Under the pieces are notes generated by a model. That model saw only the letters and a program-made list of their open reading frames with translations, did not search any database and was not told where the DNA came from. A DNA stretch of 52,237 nt from a virus (taxonomy: Duplodnaviria > Caudoviricetes), in IMG/VR virus record IMGVR_UViG_3300037184_000106, positions 1 to 52,237 of that record. The stretch is one strand, 5' to 3'. The first letter of the stretch is position 1. Every line of letters starts with the position of its first letter. Both the position numbers and the translations under genes were made by a program. This document shows, piece after piece, positions 10,969-20,814 of this stretch.

Positions 10969-12879
10969 ATGGCTGAAGTTAAAACAAAAGATCTGTTTAG
11001 TAGACTGAAAAAGATGTTTTCGACCGATGTAATCGTTCGAAACGTTGGTGGAAAAAAATTGAAGGTTATTGATACTGATGAGCTTCAGTATGCAACTGAT
11101 AGAAATAGCCTTCGAGATAGATATAATCGTCTACGAAGTTCTACATACAATCTTCACAATCGAGATATGTCAATGGCATATCAGGGCGCTCGGTTGGAAT
11201 TATTCCGAGACTATGATGTAATGGATATGGACCCAATTCTAGCTTCTGCATTGGACATTTATGCAGACGAATGTTTGGTTCCTAGCGAACTTGGTAAAGT
11301 TTTGACTATTCGGTCAAATAATGAAAATATTAAAAAAATACTGGAGAACTTATTCTATGACATCCTCAACATCGAATTCAACCTCTGGTCATGGACCAGA
11401 AACATGTGTAAATACGGAGACTTCTTTCTCCGTATGGAAATCTCTCCGGAATACGGTGTCTTCCTTGTACAACCGATTTCTCCTTACGAGCTTACTCGTA
11501 TCGAAGGTTCTGACCCCAATAACATCAATTATGTAAAATATCAACATGATGGTTTAGGTGGTGGAATGGAATATGAGAATTTTGAAATTGCCCATTTCAG
11601 ATTAATTTCAGACAGCAATTTTCTACCATATGGAAAGTCAATGGTGGAACCAGCCAGACGTGTCTGGAAGCAACTTAGCTTAATGGAAGATGCCATGTTA
11701 ATTCACCGTATCATGCGGGCTCCTGAAAAACGTATTTTCAAGATCGACGTGGGTAATATTCCTCCAGCAGATATTGACGCTGCAATGCAAAAGATTATAG
11801 CACAAGTAAAAAAGGTTCCGTACATTGATGAACGGACAGGTGACTACAATCTCCGTTTCAATTTAAATAATATGATCGAAGATTTCTATCTCCCTGTCCG
11901 TGGTGGAGATAGTGGAACATCGATTGATACTCTTCCCGGCATGGAATTTACTGGTATTGATGACTTGGAATACGTTAAGAATAAAATGATGGCGGCATTG
12001 AAGATTCCTAAAGCGTTCTTAGGATATGAAGAGGGAATATCGGGTAAATCTACGTTGGCGGCAGAAGACGTTAGGTTTTCCCGCACAATTGGTAGAATTC
12101 AAAGAATTCTTACTTCTGAATTGACCAAAATTGCAATCATCCATCTGTATGTTCAAGGCTATCAGGATGCTTCACTTGTTGATTTTGAACTTGAACTCAG
12201 TAACCCATCTACAATTTTTGAGAAAGAAAAGATTGAGATTTGGCAGGACAAAGTAAACGTTGCCAAAGATATGATGGAATCCGACCTATTTAGTCGTAAG
12301 TGGATATATAATCAGGTATTCAATATTTCGGAAGATGATGTAGAAGAACTTGAACAAGATGTTATTCGGGACAAAAAGGAAATGTGGAGACGAACACAGA
12401 TTTCTGAAGAAGGAAATGATCCTATGATCAGTGGACAAAAATCTGGTGAAGATGGATTATCAGATGTTGGTGGAGGAGCTGAAAGTGGGGGCGGGGAACC
12501 TGATCTTCCTGACCTCGGAAGTGAATCCGGTGGAGGAGAGGCTGGTGGTGAAGAGAGTGGTGGTCCAGAACTTCCTCCGTTAGAAGAAGACAAAGAAAGG
12601 AAACGTGATCAAACCGGAAATAAAGAGAAGTACACCAATACTTTCGATAAAACACGTGGAGAAGATCCATTGGGAGATATGACTAATTCAGAGAAATCTA
12701 AATCAGATAGATCTCTTGACAGAAAAACACGTAAATCTGCAATGTCAATGAGCGAAGATTTAAGAAGTATAAAACGAACTCTTTCTAAACGATATGATAG
12801 AAATAAAAAGGCGGTGATTATTGAACAGAAATCTCTACTTGATGAATCTAATCTTATCAGCAGTGACAAACCACTGTAA
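10969..12879 (+). CDS. gp20: Portal protein (T4 gp20-like) with acidic Gly-rich C-terminal tail
   Basis: LMEDAMLIHRIMRAPEKRIFKIDVGN, EDFYLP, IDTLPG, ALKIPK motifs. Confidence 0.95.
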   Translation: MAEVKTKDLFSRLKKMFSTDVIVRNVGGKKLKVIDTDELQYATDRNSLRDRYNRLRSSTYNLHNRDMSMAYQGARLELFRDYDVMDMDPILASALDIYADECLVPSELGKVLTIRSNNENIKKILENLFYDILNIEFNLWSWTRNMCKYGDFFLRMEISPEYGVFLVQPISPYELTRIEGSDPNNINYVKYQHDGLGGGMEYENFEIAHFRLISDSNFLPYGKSMVEPARRVWKQLSLMEDAMLIHRIMRAPEKRIFKIDVGNIPPADIDAAMQKIIAQVKKVPYIDERTGDYNLRFNLNNMIEDFYLPVRGGDSGTSIDTLPGMEFTGIDDLEYVKNKMMAALKIPKAFLGYEEGISGKSTLAAEDVRFSRTIGRIQRILTSELTKIAIIHLYVQGYQDASLVDFELELSNPSTIFEKEKIEIWQDKVNVAKDMMESDLFSRKWIYNQVFNISEDDVEELEQDVIRDKKEMWRRTQISEEGNDPMISGQKSGEDGLSDVGGGAESGGGEPDLPDLGSESGGGEAGGEESGGPELPPLEEDKERKRDQTGNKEKYTNTFDKTRGEDPLGDMTNSEKSKSDRSLDRKTRKSAMSMSEDLRSIKRTLSKRYDRNKKAVIIEQKSLLDESNLISSDKPL

Positions 12880-12926
12880 TTATAAGGTTTTTGCTATTTC
12901 AAGACATATTTATAAGTAACAACTGT

Positions 12927-13802
12927 ATGAAGAAACTTAAACATTCCAAATTTAAGAACGCTGGTATCCTCTTCGAGCTACTCGTTCGCCAAGTAACAGC
13001 TGATATTCTTAACGGATCAGAGGATTCTAAAGCGAATACCATACTACGAACATTTTTCTCCGAAGCCACCGAGTTAGGCAAGGAGAACAGGATGTATAGA
13101 ATAATACTTGAAGATAAAGTAAAAGATCAGAATTCAGCTGACCGTTTGCTTGAAAGTATTATCAAAGCTAGACAAAAACTGAATGAAGCTTCTTTAAGTC
13201 AACAGAAATACGATCTTATAAAAGAGATCAAAAATAGTTATCCAATTGAGGACTTCTTGAAAGGAAGTATTTCAAACTATAAACTATTAGCTTCAATTTA
13301 TAAAATTTTTGAAGAAGCGGTTCATTCTGTCGAATGTGATCCAAGAGAACTTTTTAAGGCCAAGAGTTGTATTGTTGAGAGTATGGTTGTTAGTAAAACA
13401 CCCACACGTCTTATTACTGAGGAAGAGAAACAAAATTTAATCAAGGTATATCAACAACAGAATGAAGATGTTAGATTACTTGCATATAAATTATTGGTCG
13501 ATTCGTTTAACGAAAAGTATGCTGGATTAGATGATAAACAAAAAATACTTATCCGAGAATACATTAATAATATCAGTAACACTAATTCTCTCCGTCAATA
13601 TATGAATACCGAGATTCCTGAAGTTCGCAAGCAGATTACGGAATTAAAAACCAAGGTATTAAATGACGTTATCCGTATAAAATTGGATGAAACTATAAAT
13701 CAACTGGACAAGATTTCTAGAGGGACGTTAGTTAAAGAAAATCAGGTTATGGCGCTTCTATTGTCTTATGAACTGATTAAGGAATTGAAGGAAATCAAAT
13801 AA
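12927..13802 (+). CDS. Helical head-module protein of unknown function
   Basis: Start ATG 12927 after TATTTATA (12907-12914); KHSKFKNAGILFELLVRQ; lies between portal and protease. Confidence 0.6.
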   Translation: MKKLKHSKFKNAGILFELLVRQVTADILNGSEDSKANTILRTFFSEATELGKENRMYRIILEDKVKDQNSADRLLESIIKARQKLNEASLSQQKYDLIKEIKNSYPIEDFLKGSISNYKLLASIYKIFEEAVHSVECDPRELFKAKSCIVESMVVSKTPTRLITEEEKQNLIKVYQQQNEDVRLLAYKLLVDSFNEKYAGLDDKQKILIREYINNISNTNSLRQYMNTEIPEVRKQITELKTKVLNDVIRIKLDETINQLDKISRGTLVKENQVMALLLSYELIKELKEIK

Positions 13803-14302
13803 TGTCCAAAGATAATGCCAGACAACTTTTAAGAGAACTTGTCCAAGAAGTATTGGACGAAATGACCGCAACGGGTGCCGTTCAAGGATATGCAACTCCT
13901 TTTGCTTTCCGTGGACATAAAAGTAAGAAAGCAGCTGCTGAACGTTCAATGCCCGGTGGAAAAGTTGTTGGAAGTGAAGATGAAGCAGATGATACTACGG
14001 TAGGAGAATCTAATGGAAATCTTGGGGTCATTCGCCACGGAGGAAAAATAGCAGAGAGTCGATATAGTAACTTTAAACACAGTGATTTGATGAAAAATCA
14101 CGCTAAAATTTCCTATGGTGTTAAAGAAGCTAAAAAAATTCTACGAGAAATAGATTTTTTAGTTGATATCTGTGGACGTTTGAAAAGCGAATGTGGTGTA
14201 GATAATGATCAACTTTGGAAAAGCACCAAACCCGATCTCATTCGTATTAATCGATATCTTAAAGAAATAGCTAGGAAGATCAATCGTATCGGAAAGCAAT
14301 AA
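13802..14302 (+). CDS. Hypothetical head-region protein
   Basis: Overlapping stop/start with upstream gene; N-terminal QLLRELVQEVLDE, GYATPFAF. Confidence 0.6.
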   Translation: MSKDNARQLLRELVQEVLDEMTATGAVQGYATPFAFRGHKSKKAAAERSMPGGKVVGSEDEADDTTVGESNGNLGVIRHGGKIAESRYSNFKHSDLMKNHAKISYGVKEAKKILREIDFLVDICGRLKSECGVDNDQLWKSTKPDLIRINRYLKEIARKINRIGKQ

Positions 14303-14304
14303 TC

Positions 14305-14889
14305 ATGAAATTAATTACAATTTACAAGTCAATCATTAATGAAGATTCTTGGGGAAACAATCCATCATCAGGTGGTTCAGCCGCTCCCGGAAAAACTCCT
14401 AATGCAACTTCTCCCGCTGCACCAGCCGCTGCTCAAGCAAATGTTAAAATGTATGATGTATTGAAGGATTATCAGACGCTTGAATCAACTATTGAAAAAG
14501 AAGAAGAACAGGCGAAAAAGACCCTGAAGACTTCAGTAGCCCAGCAAGTAGGAAACAAGAAAGTTCAGGCTCGCGCTTCCAAAGGAGCAGTTGGTCAAGT
14601 AGAAAAAGACTATACTATAGATGTAGTAGATGTTGATGTATCTTACCAGAGTGAGAAATTTTATATTATTCTAAAAGGTAAGGATAAGAAGGATTATTAT
14701 ATTAACACCGGATTCAAGATTAAAGTTTTAGGTGCTGCAACGAATACCAATCCAACAAAGGAGACTCCTGCCGAGGAACCTCCAACCGCTCCAACCGCTC
14801 CAAATGCTACCGGTAGAAATCTTGGAATAAAATATCCCCAAAATATGGGTGTATCCACTAATAAGCCAAACACTGTAGGAACTCCATGA
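14305..14889 (+). CDS. Hypothetical head-region protein
   Basis: Tightly packed 194-aa ORF; N-terminal MKLITIYKSIINE. Confidence 0.6.
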   Translation: MKLITIYKSIINEDSWGNNPSSGGSAAPGKTPNATSPAAPAAAQANVKMYDVLKDYQTLESTIEKEEEQAKKTLKTSVAQQVGNKKVQARASKGAVGQVEKDYTIDVVDVDVSYQSEKFYIILKGKDKKDYYINTGFKIKVLGAATNTNPTKETPAEEPPTAPTAPNATGRNLGIKYPQNMGVSTNKPNTVGTP

Positions 14890-15524
14890 GCAATACAAAA
14901 GACACACGACAACTATTAATTGACTGTATTATGTTTGATATCACGCCTCAAATGATTAATGAGGCCAGAACGAATGATGGAAACAAACCATTCACTCTAA
15001 AAGGTATTTTACAGAAATCAGGTCAAAAGAATCACAACGGTCGGGTATATCCCGATGCTGTATTACGTCGTGAAATAGAAAAGTATCAGGAAGTTATTAA
15101 AGAACAAAGAGCAACTGGAGAATTAGATCATCCAGAAGAAGCGGTTATTAATCTCAAGAACGTTTCTCATAAAATAATCGAATGCCATTGGGAAGGAAGT
15201 GATGTAGTCGGAACATTGGAAGTTCTTAGCACACCAAACGGTAATATTGTTCGTGATCTTATAAAAGGAAACGTTCGTATTGGTATTTCTAGTCGTGGTT
15301 TAGGAACGGTTCGTCCAATCGACGAAAGTACGGTAGAAGTTCAGGATGACTTTGAACTACTTTGCTTTGATCTCGTTTCTTCTCCTTCAACACGTGGTGC
15401 GTTCATGTCACTTAATGAAAGTATAAATCACGGTAAGAAGAACGTTATTGTAGAAGGAAAAGCCATTGACAAATATATGAAGATTGAAGGTATCATTCAT
15501 GATATTCTTTCGGAGACCCGGTAA
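14886..15524 (+). CDS. gp21: Prohead protease (T4 gp21-like)
   Basis: NHNGRVYP, GELDHP, GISSRGLG, FDLVSSPSTRGA. Confidence 0.95.
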   Translation: MSNTKDTRQLLIDCIMFDITPQMINEARTNDGNKPFTLKGILQKSGQKNHNGRVYPDAVLRREIEKYQEVIKEQRATGELDHPEEAVINLKNVSHKIIECHWEGSDVVGTLEVLSTPNGNIVRDLIKGNVRIGISSRGLGTVRPIDESTVEVQDDFELLCFDLVSSPSTRGAFMSLNESINHGKKNVIVEGKAIDKYMKIEGIIHDILSETR

Positions 15525-15541
15525 AATTATCTGAGAATGAC

Positions 15542-15820
15542 ATGAACGGTCCCAAAAGATTAATAATTAATGGTAAACAAGTAGATTCTAGATCTATAGA
15601 GATAGATGGAATAGATCAAAGAGATTACCCAGATTTTTCGGATGCTTATATATCTTATGCTGAATTTGTTGACGGTACGGCGTTGAATGATTTGGAATTA
15701 GATAAATTGAATAATCAAGAAGGAGAATTAGTTAATAATCTCGCCCATGATAGGTCTATTCGAGAGGTTATAAGAAATACTGTCAAAGAAGTCTTAAAAG
15801 AAAGCGGTTTAACAAAGTAG
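15542..15820 (+). CDS. Small hypothetical protein
   Basis: 92-aa ORF, IDGIDQRDYPDFSDAYI; C-terminal IREVIRNTVKEVLKE. Confidence 0.6.
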   Translation: MNGPKRLIINGKQVDSRSIEIDGIDQRDYPDFSDAYISYAEFVDGTALNDLELDKLNNQEGELVNNLAHDRSIREVIRNTVKEVLKESGLTK

Positions 15821-15835
15821 GATATATTTATACAC

Positions 15836-16558
15836 ATGAGCAAACCAATCGGAAATCTATTTCTAAAGCAAATCTTGGCAGACATTTCTAGTCATGCCAA
15901 TGAAGGCAGGTTAACTGTTATCACTGAAGGTAAGAAGCATAAGAAAATCGTTCGTGAAGCTAATCCTGTTCCACCAAAGGAAGACGAAGAGAAACCAGAG
16001 GACGATCAGACAACCGGTGCTCAAGGACCGAATGGTTCTGCTCCCGTTCCTGCGCCCGCCGCTCCAGCCAATGCTGATAAAGGTGCCTCTGATATTGGTC
16101 AAGAAAAAGCTCCAGCTGCATCTCAAGAAGCTCCATCAGAAGCTCCTTCGACCCCTGCTGAAGAAGAACCAGCTGGTGAAGATTCCGAACAAGCTCAAGC
16201 TGATGCTGCTGCTTCTAAAGCAGAATTAGAAAAAGCTAAAGCGGAAAAAGACCAAGCGGAAAAAGAAATAAAGAAACAATCTTATGTGCATCTAGTATCT
16301 CCAACCGGAGTATTCTTTCTCTTACAAAAATTAGTAGATCATGCATTCAAAACCAATACAATTGATAGTTTGGCCGCAGAGATGGCACAGAAATTGAAAA
16401 TTGCTAATCAAGAAGATTTTTCTAATTTCTCGGAAGAGATGATTCCATACAAAGCAATTCCCGGTGTAGCTGAATTGTTGGTGTCCATCAGGGGCATGGC
16501 TGCATCGCAACCAAATCCAGAAACTGATGATACGACTTCAAGAGAAGAAAATACCTAA
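15836..16558 (+). CDS. Hypothetical Ala/Pro/Glu-rich head-region protein
   Basis: TATTTATA 3 nt upstream of ATG; low-complexity linker. Confidence 0.6.
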   Translation: MSKPIGNLFLKQILADISSHANEGRLTVITEGKKHKKIVREANPVPPKEDEEKPEDDQTTGAQGPNGSAPVPAPAAPANADKGASDIGQEKAPAASQEAPSEAPSTPAEEEPAGEDSEQAQADAAASKAELEKAKAEKDQAEKEIKKQSYVHLVSPTGVFFLLQKLVDHAFKTNTIDSLAAEMAQKLKIANQEDFSNFSEEMIPYKAIPGVAELLVSIRGMAASQPNPETDDTTSREENT

Positions 16559-16575
16559 GACAACTATTTATACTT

Positions 16576-17001
16576 ATGCAATCTCTAAAATTAAGAAGCT
16601 TACTTGAGGGTTTTAGCTCTCAGAAAAAAGAATGGCCGAAGGAAGAAAAGAAAGCCGCATTGGAGGCCATTGGCCGGTATAATGAATATGGCAATCATCT
16701 TCGTCGTGAACACAATTTAATGGAAATTGCCCACACGCTTTCCAACATTACAGAAGCCGCCGAAAAATTCACGTTGTCTGAAACCGAGGGTTCTTTCGAT
16801 TCAGCAACGGTAAAGAAAAATATTTTAGAACTTCGTAAGATCAGTGATCAATTCGGAAAATTGGCACAAGAAGCTCATGTCACACAACAAAGAATGGAAG
16901 CGTTGTATGAGGATGGTGGACACATATTGAATAGATATTTTGAAATTAAAGATTTAGATGAGGGTGTAGCAGCAGCTGTATCCAAAATCAAAGTTTCATA
17001 A
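16576..17001 (+). CDS. Hypothetical head-region protein
   Basis: TATTTATA 3 nt upstream of ATG; QQRMEALYEDGGHILNRYFEI. Confidence 0.6.
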   Translation: MQSLKLRSLLEGFSSQKKEWPKEEKKAALEAIGRYNEYGNHLRREHNLMEIAHTLSNITEAAEKFTLSETEGSFDSATVKKNILELRKISDQFGKLAQEAHVTQQRMEALYEDGGHILNRYFEIKDLDEGVAAAVSKIKVS

Positions 17002-17146
17002 AATAATAAGAAAAAGTAATATTTCTGTCGTTTTTCATAAATACACAACTACTTATTATTACAAAAATGCATTAATCTTTTAATGCGAATGTTTCCAAAC
17101 CTCATTTGAAACTTCAATAGTTTCACAATTAACAAGGACTTAAACT

Positions 17147-18589
17147 ATGTCAGATCTATTGAAACAAGCCATTGCCGACGCGAAAGCAGTTCGTGCAACA
17201 GCACTCGCAAATGCCAAGGCCGCTTTGGAAGAACATTTCGCACCAAAATTACAGAGCATGCTTGCTACCAGACTTCAACAAGAAGTCGAAGGTGATGAAG
17301 AAGCTCCAGAAGAATTCGGCGCACCCGGAGCTGCACCTGAAGGTGCTCCTGCTCCAGAAGAGAACCCACTCGGAGGGACTGATGAAGTTCCTGTAGCAGA
17401 CGCTCCTGCTGTTCCAGAGGCACCTGTTGGTGAACCAACCGATGTTCCAGCCGATGTTCCACCTCAACAGGACGTAGTTCCTGCTCCAGCTGAAGAGGGT
17501 ATTCCTCCAGTGGGTGAAGAAGGTGAAGATTTTGCAAGAGAAATGGAAGAAGAACTACTTGGTCAAGGAAATCCGAATCCACCAGAAATGACGGATCGTT
17601 TGACCGAAACCGAGAAGGCTTCTCCAGATTATAAGAAAACCACTTCTGGACACAAGACCGAAGATCCCGGTAAGCAAATGATTAAGCCAAAAGGTTCTGC
17701 TCTAAATGGTACTCCCGGTGGACCAAAAGAAGGTCCAGCAGAACGTACTGCAAATTCTAATTATAAGACCGGAGAAACCGGCAAACGTCCCGGTAAGATT
17801 ACAAATATTAAATCCGGTGGAACAGAAGATCCACAAGGTGCAAGTGAAGAACTAGCTGATGGTCCTAAGAAGGATCAGACTAAAGACACTGACAAGAAGC
17901 TCGAAGAGAGCGAAATGGAAGATGTCAATGATGAAACACTTGATGAAATCTTGAAGGAACTCGACGCCGAGGCTAATGGAGGTACATCAGCACCAGTTGC
18001 TCCAACCGCTTCAGCAGATGATCAAGAGGTCAATCTTGCTGAACTATTCGAGTCCGATGATGAAGACAAGAAAGAAGATAAGAAGGACGACGAGGATAAG
18101 GACGAAGACAAGGAAGAGAAGAAAGACGGAAAGAAACTTCCACCTTGGCTCCAGAAAGAAAATATTTCGTTGAAGAAGGAACTACAAGAATACCGCAGCA
18201 CCGTACAATATCTGCGGGACCGAATCAATGAAGTCAACCTGCTTAATGCAAAGTTGCTGTATACGAACAAATTGTTCAAACAGGCCAACTTGACCAACGA
18301 GCAGAAACTCAAAGTAATTGAGTCATTCGATCTTACGAAGTCGGTTCGTGAAGCTCGGCTCATTTATGCTACGCTGACCGAATCCTTTAATTTCGGTGGG
18401 AAGAAAGCTGCATCAGCACCAACTACCAAGAAGGTTGCCGCACTGAAAACCATCACCGAAGGTTTGGCATCGAAGTCGATTGCATCAACTAAGCCGACAG
18501 CCAGTGTATTGAACGAGGGATCAGAAATGGCAAATCGTTTCAAGAAATTGGCCGGTATTCGTGCCCCCATCGTGGCACAAAAGAAGTAA
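17147..18589 (+). CDS. Prohead scaffolding/core protein
   Basis: Directly upstream of major capsid gene; very acidic and low-complexity, with AIADAKAVR N-terminus and C-terminal coiled coil INEVNLLNAKLLY...RFKKLAGI. Confidence 0.75.
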   Translation: MSDLLKQAIADAKAVRATALANAKAALEEHFAPKLQSMLATRLQQEVEGDEEAPEEFGAPGAAPEGAPAPEENPLGGTDEVPVADAPAVPEAPVGEPTDVPADVPPQQDVVPAPAEEGIPPVGEEGEDFAREMEEELLGQGNPNPPEMTDRLTETEKASPDYKKTTSGHKTEDPGKQMIKPKGSALNGTPGGPKEGPAERTANSNYKTGETGKRPGKITNIKSGGTEDPQGASEELADGPKKDQTKDTDKKLEESEMEDVNDETLDEILKELDAEANGGTSAPVAPTASADDQEVNLAELFESDDEDKKEDKKDDEDKDEDKEEKKDGKKLPPWLQKENISLKKELQEYRSTVQYLRDRINEVNLLNAKLLYTNKLFKQANLTNEQKLKVIESFDLTKSVREARLIYATLTESFNFGGKKAASAPTTKKVAALKTITEGLASKSIASTKPTASVLNEGSEMANRFKKLAGIRAPIVAQKK

Positions 18590-18630
18590 GTTAACCAAAT
18601 TCAACACTCTTAAAAGGAGAAAAATAAACT

Positions 18631-20235
18631 ATGTCAGCAGATATCAAACAACTACTCAGCGAGACCATGAATCCCATGGTCCAGCTCATGGCCCAAACTC
18701 GCGGCCTTGTAAATAAATGGGATAAGACTGGATTGCTTGAAGGCATCAAGACCGATATGGAAAAATCCCATATGGCCATTTTGCTTGAAAACCAAGCAAA
18801 GCAGTTAATCGACGAAGCTACCCGTACAGGTACTTCTGCAAATTCCGAACAATGGGCCGGTGTGGCACTCCCACTCGTCCGTCGTGTGTTCGCCGAAATT
18901 GCTGCTAAGGAGTTCGTATCCGTGCAGCCAATGAACCTTCCATCAGGTCTCGTGTTCTATCTAGACTTCAAATATGGAACAAATCAAGCGGGCAAACCTG
19001 CTTTCTTGAACCAGTCCCTCTTCGGTGGTACTGGCACAAAGCTCGGTTCAACTGACTCAGCCGTTAATGGTTTGTATGGTCAGGGTCGTTTCGGTTATAC
19101 TATCAATGATCAGACGTTGGCTGGTGCAGCGTCTGTCACATCTGTCGCTTCATGGCAGGCAGCAAACTTCGTGGACGCTCTTTCGGGTTCCGCAGACGCA
19201 GGTCAACTGTTCTACTTGTCTGTGGACTTGACTGGTACAAGCTTCGATTTCAATGGTGTTCGCGCCTTCACGGTGTCGGGCTCCGGTATCGTTGACTTCT
19301 ATCCAGCATTCACGACCACAGCTGGTCAGTCAGTAACATTCATCGTTTCGGGTTCGGCTTTGTCCAATCCAACGGTCACGGTTGAATATCAAGTTCAGCC
19401 TTCCGATCAGTCACGTGGTGACTTCGAAGATAAGGGTTCTCCAATTCCTCCACAGGGATTGAATGCTGATATCGGTATCCCCGAAATCAACTTGGAACTC
19501 AAGAGCGAAGCAATCGTTGCGAAGACCAAGAAGCTCAAGGCCGTCTGGACTCCAGAATTGGCACAAGACTTGAACGCATATCACTCAATCGACGCAGAAG
19601 CGGAATTGACTGCATTGCTCTCGGAATACGTTTCAATGGAAATCGACCTCGAAATCCTTGACATGTTGATCGTCAATGCCCCACAGGCAACAACTGAATT
19701 CTGGTCTGCACGTATTGGATCTGAATTTAATCCACAACTCGGAAAATTCGTTGATACGGCAACAAACCGTACAGCTTATGTTAAGAGCACGTGGTTCCAA
19801 ACTCTCGGCAACAAGATCCAAAAGGTCTCGAACAAGATTCACCAGTTGACACTGCGTGGTGGTGCAAACTTCCTCGTTGTATCTCCTGACGTTGCTACCA
19901 TCATCGAATCCATCCCCGGTTTCACGACCAACACAGATGGTGATATGGCAAAGTTTGCAATGGGTGTCGCAAAGGTCGGAGCCCTCTCCAACCGTTGGAC
20001 GGTTTACAAGAACCCATACATGACGGACAACGTAATGCTCGTCGGATTCCGTGGAACAAACTTCCTCGAAACCGGTGCAGTGTACGCTCCATATATTCCT
20101 CTCATCCAGACTCCTCTGGTATACGATCCCGTGAACTTCACGCCACGGCGTGGTGTCATGACTCGTTACGCCAAGAAGATGCTCCGTCCGGAATTCTACG
20201 GAAAGATCATCATCGGCAATCTGAACGAGGTATAA
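18631..20235 (+). CDS. gp23: Major capsid protein (T4 gp23-like)
   Basis: LLENQ, PLVRR, VQPMNLPSGLVFY, KLKAVWTPELAQDLNAYH, YAPYIPL, PRRGVMTRYA; SD AAGGAG. Confidence 0.97.
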   Translation: MSADIKQLLSETMNPMVQLMAQTRGLVNKWDKTGLLEGIKTDMEKSHMAILLENQAKQLIDEATRTGTSANSEQWAGVALPLVRRVFAEIAAKEFVSVQPMNLPSGLVFYLDFKYGTNQAGKPAFLNQSLFGGTGTKLGSTDSAVNGLYGQGRFGYTINDQTLAGAASVTSVASWQAANFVDALSGSADAGQLFYLSVDLTGTSFDFNGVRAFTVSGSGIVDFYPAFTTTAGQSVTFIVSGSALSNPTVTVEYQVQPSDQSRGDFEDKGSPIPPQGLNADIGIPEINLELKSEAIVAKTKKLKAVWTPELAQDLNAYHSIDAEAELTALLSEYVSMEIDLEILDMLIVNAPQATTEFWSARIGSEFNPQLGKFVDTATNRTAYVKSTWFQTLGNKIQKVSNKIHQLTLRGGANFLVVSPDVATIIESIPGFTTNTDGDMAKFAMGVAKVGALSNRWTVYKNPYMTDNVMLVGFRGTNFLETGAVYAPYIPLIQTPLVYDPVNFTPRRGVMTRYAKKMLRPEFYGKIIIGNLNEV

Positions 20236-20278
20236 GAAATCCTTCTCGGCAACGAGATTTAAACAGTTACATTAAGTT

Positions 20279-20307
20279 GGGCGACCGAAAGGTCGCCCTT
20301 CTTTTTT
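20279..20307 (+). terminator. Intrinsic terminator after capsid gene
   Basis: GGGCGACC-GAAA-GGTCGCCC followed by TTCTTTTTT. Confidence 0.85.
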
Positions 20308-20343
20308 GTATAAACTGTAGGTACATTATAATCTATCACTATA

Positions 20344-20379
20344 AACAAAAAGCCGCACGTTTCGTGCGGCTTTTTTGTT
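20344..20379. terminator. Bidirectional intrinsic terminator between convergent units
   Basis: AAAAAGCCGCACG-TTT-CGTGCGGCTTTTTT. Confidence 0.85.
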
Positions 20380-20388
20380 CGATATAAA

Positions 20389-20622
20389 TTATCTATGCCT
20401 GTGTGGAGGACCGTAATGTCCTCTCCAACCTATACCAAATTCCCATGACCAAAAAATAGGAACCGGATAGTAAGGATCATATATTACAACCGGAGGAGGT
20501 TGTGGAACGACTACTATGGGTGCAACAGGTGGTGTAATGACTTCCCGATATGGAATATAGACACAACTACACATCACAAATAGTAATGTAGAAGCAATCA
20601 ACGATGTTATTACTTTTTTCAT
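20389..20622 (-). CDS. Small Pro-rich putative lipoprotein
   Basis: MKK + hydrophobic stretch + MCSC, then PPVAP...PQPPP and a Trp/His/Arg tail. Confidence 0.6.
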   Translation of the reverse strand: MKKVITSLIASTLLFVMCSCVYIPYREVITPPVAPIVVVPQPPPVVIYDPYYPVPIFWSWEFGIGWRGHYGPPHRHR

Positions 20623-20629
20623 ATTCTAC

Positions 20630-20764
20630 TTATCGACGACCATGTTCTGCCCAATGATATCTATTATATTCGTGCCCATAGTATCCATGAGGAACAACAA
20701 CACATCCGTTTAAGGCAACCATAAGGGCCATAACAGTTAATATTTTGACGACTAATTTTTTCAT
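20630..20764 (-). CDS. Small putative lipoprotein (44 aa, not in ORF track)
   Basis: MKKLVVKILTVMALMVALNGCVVVPHGYYGHEYNRYHWAEHGRR; lipobox-like LNGC; SD AGGA. Confidence 0.65.
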   Translation of the reverse strand: MKKLVVKILTVMALMVALNGCVVVPHGYYGHEYNRYHWAEHGRR

Positions 20765-20785
20765 ATTATTCCTATTGTTTGACTC

Positions 20786-20814
20786 ACTATCACATAATTT
20801 GTTCCGTTTGTCAA
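20786..20814 (-). promoter_or_regulatory. sigma70-like promoter for the lipoprotein pair
   Basis: TTGACA-17 nt-GATAGT on - strand. Confidence 0.6.

Noticed and set aside
9223-20235. Inteins or introns in terminase, portal or capsid genes
   Set aside because: Lengths are ordinary, motifs are contiguous, and no splice-junction or LAGLIDADG signatures were seen
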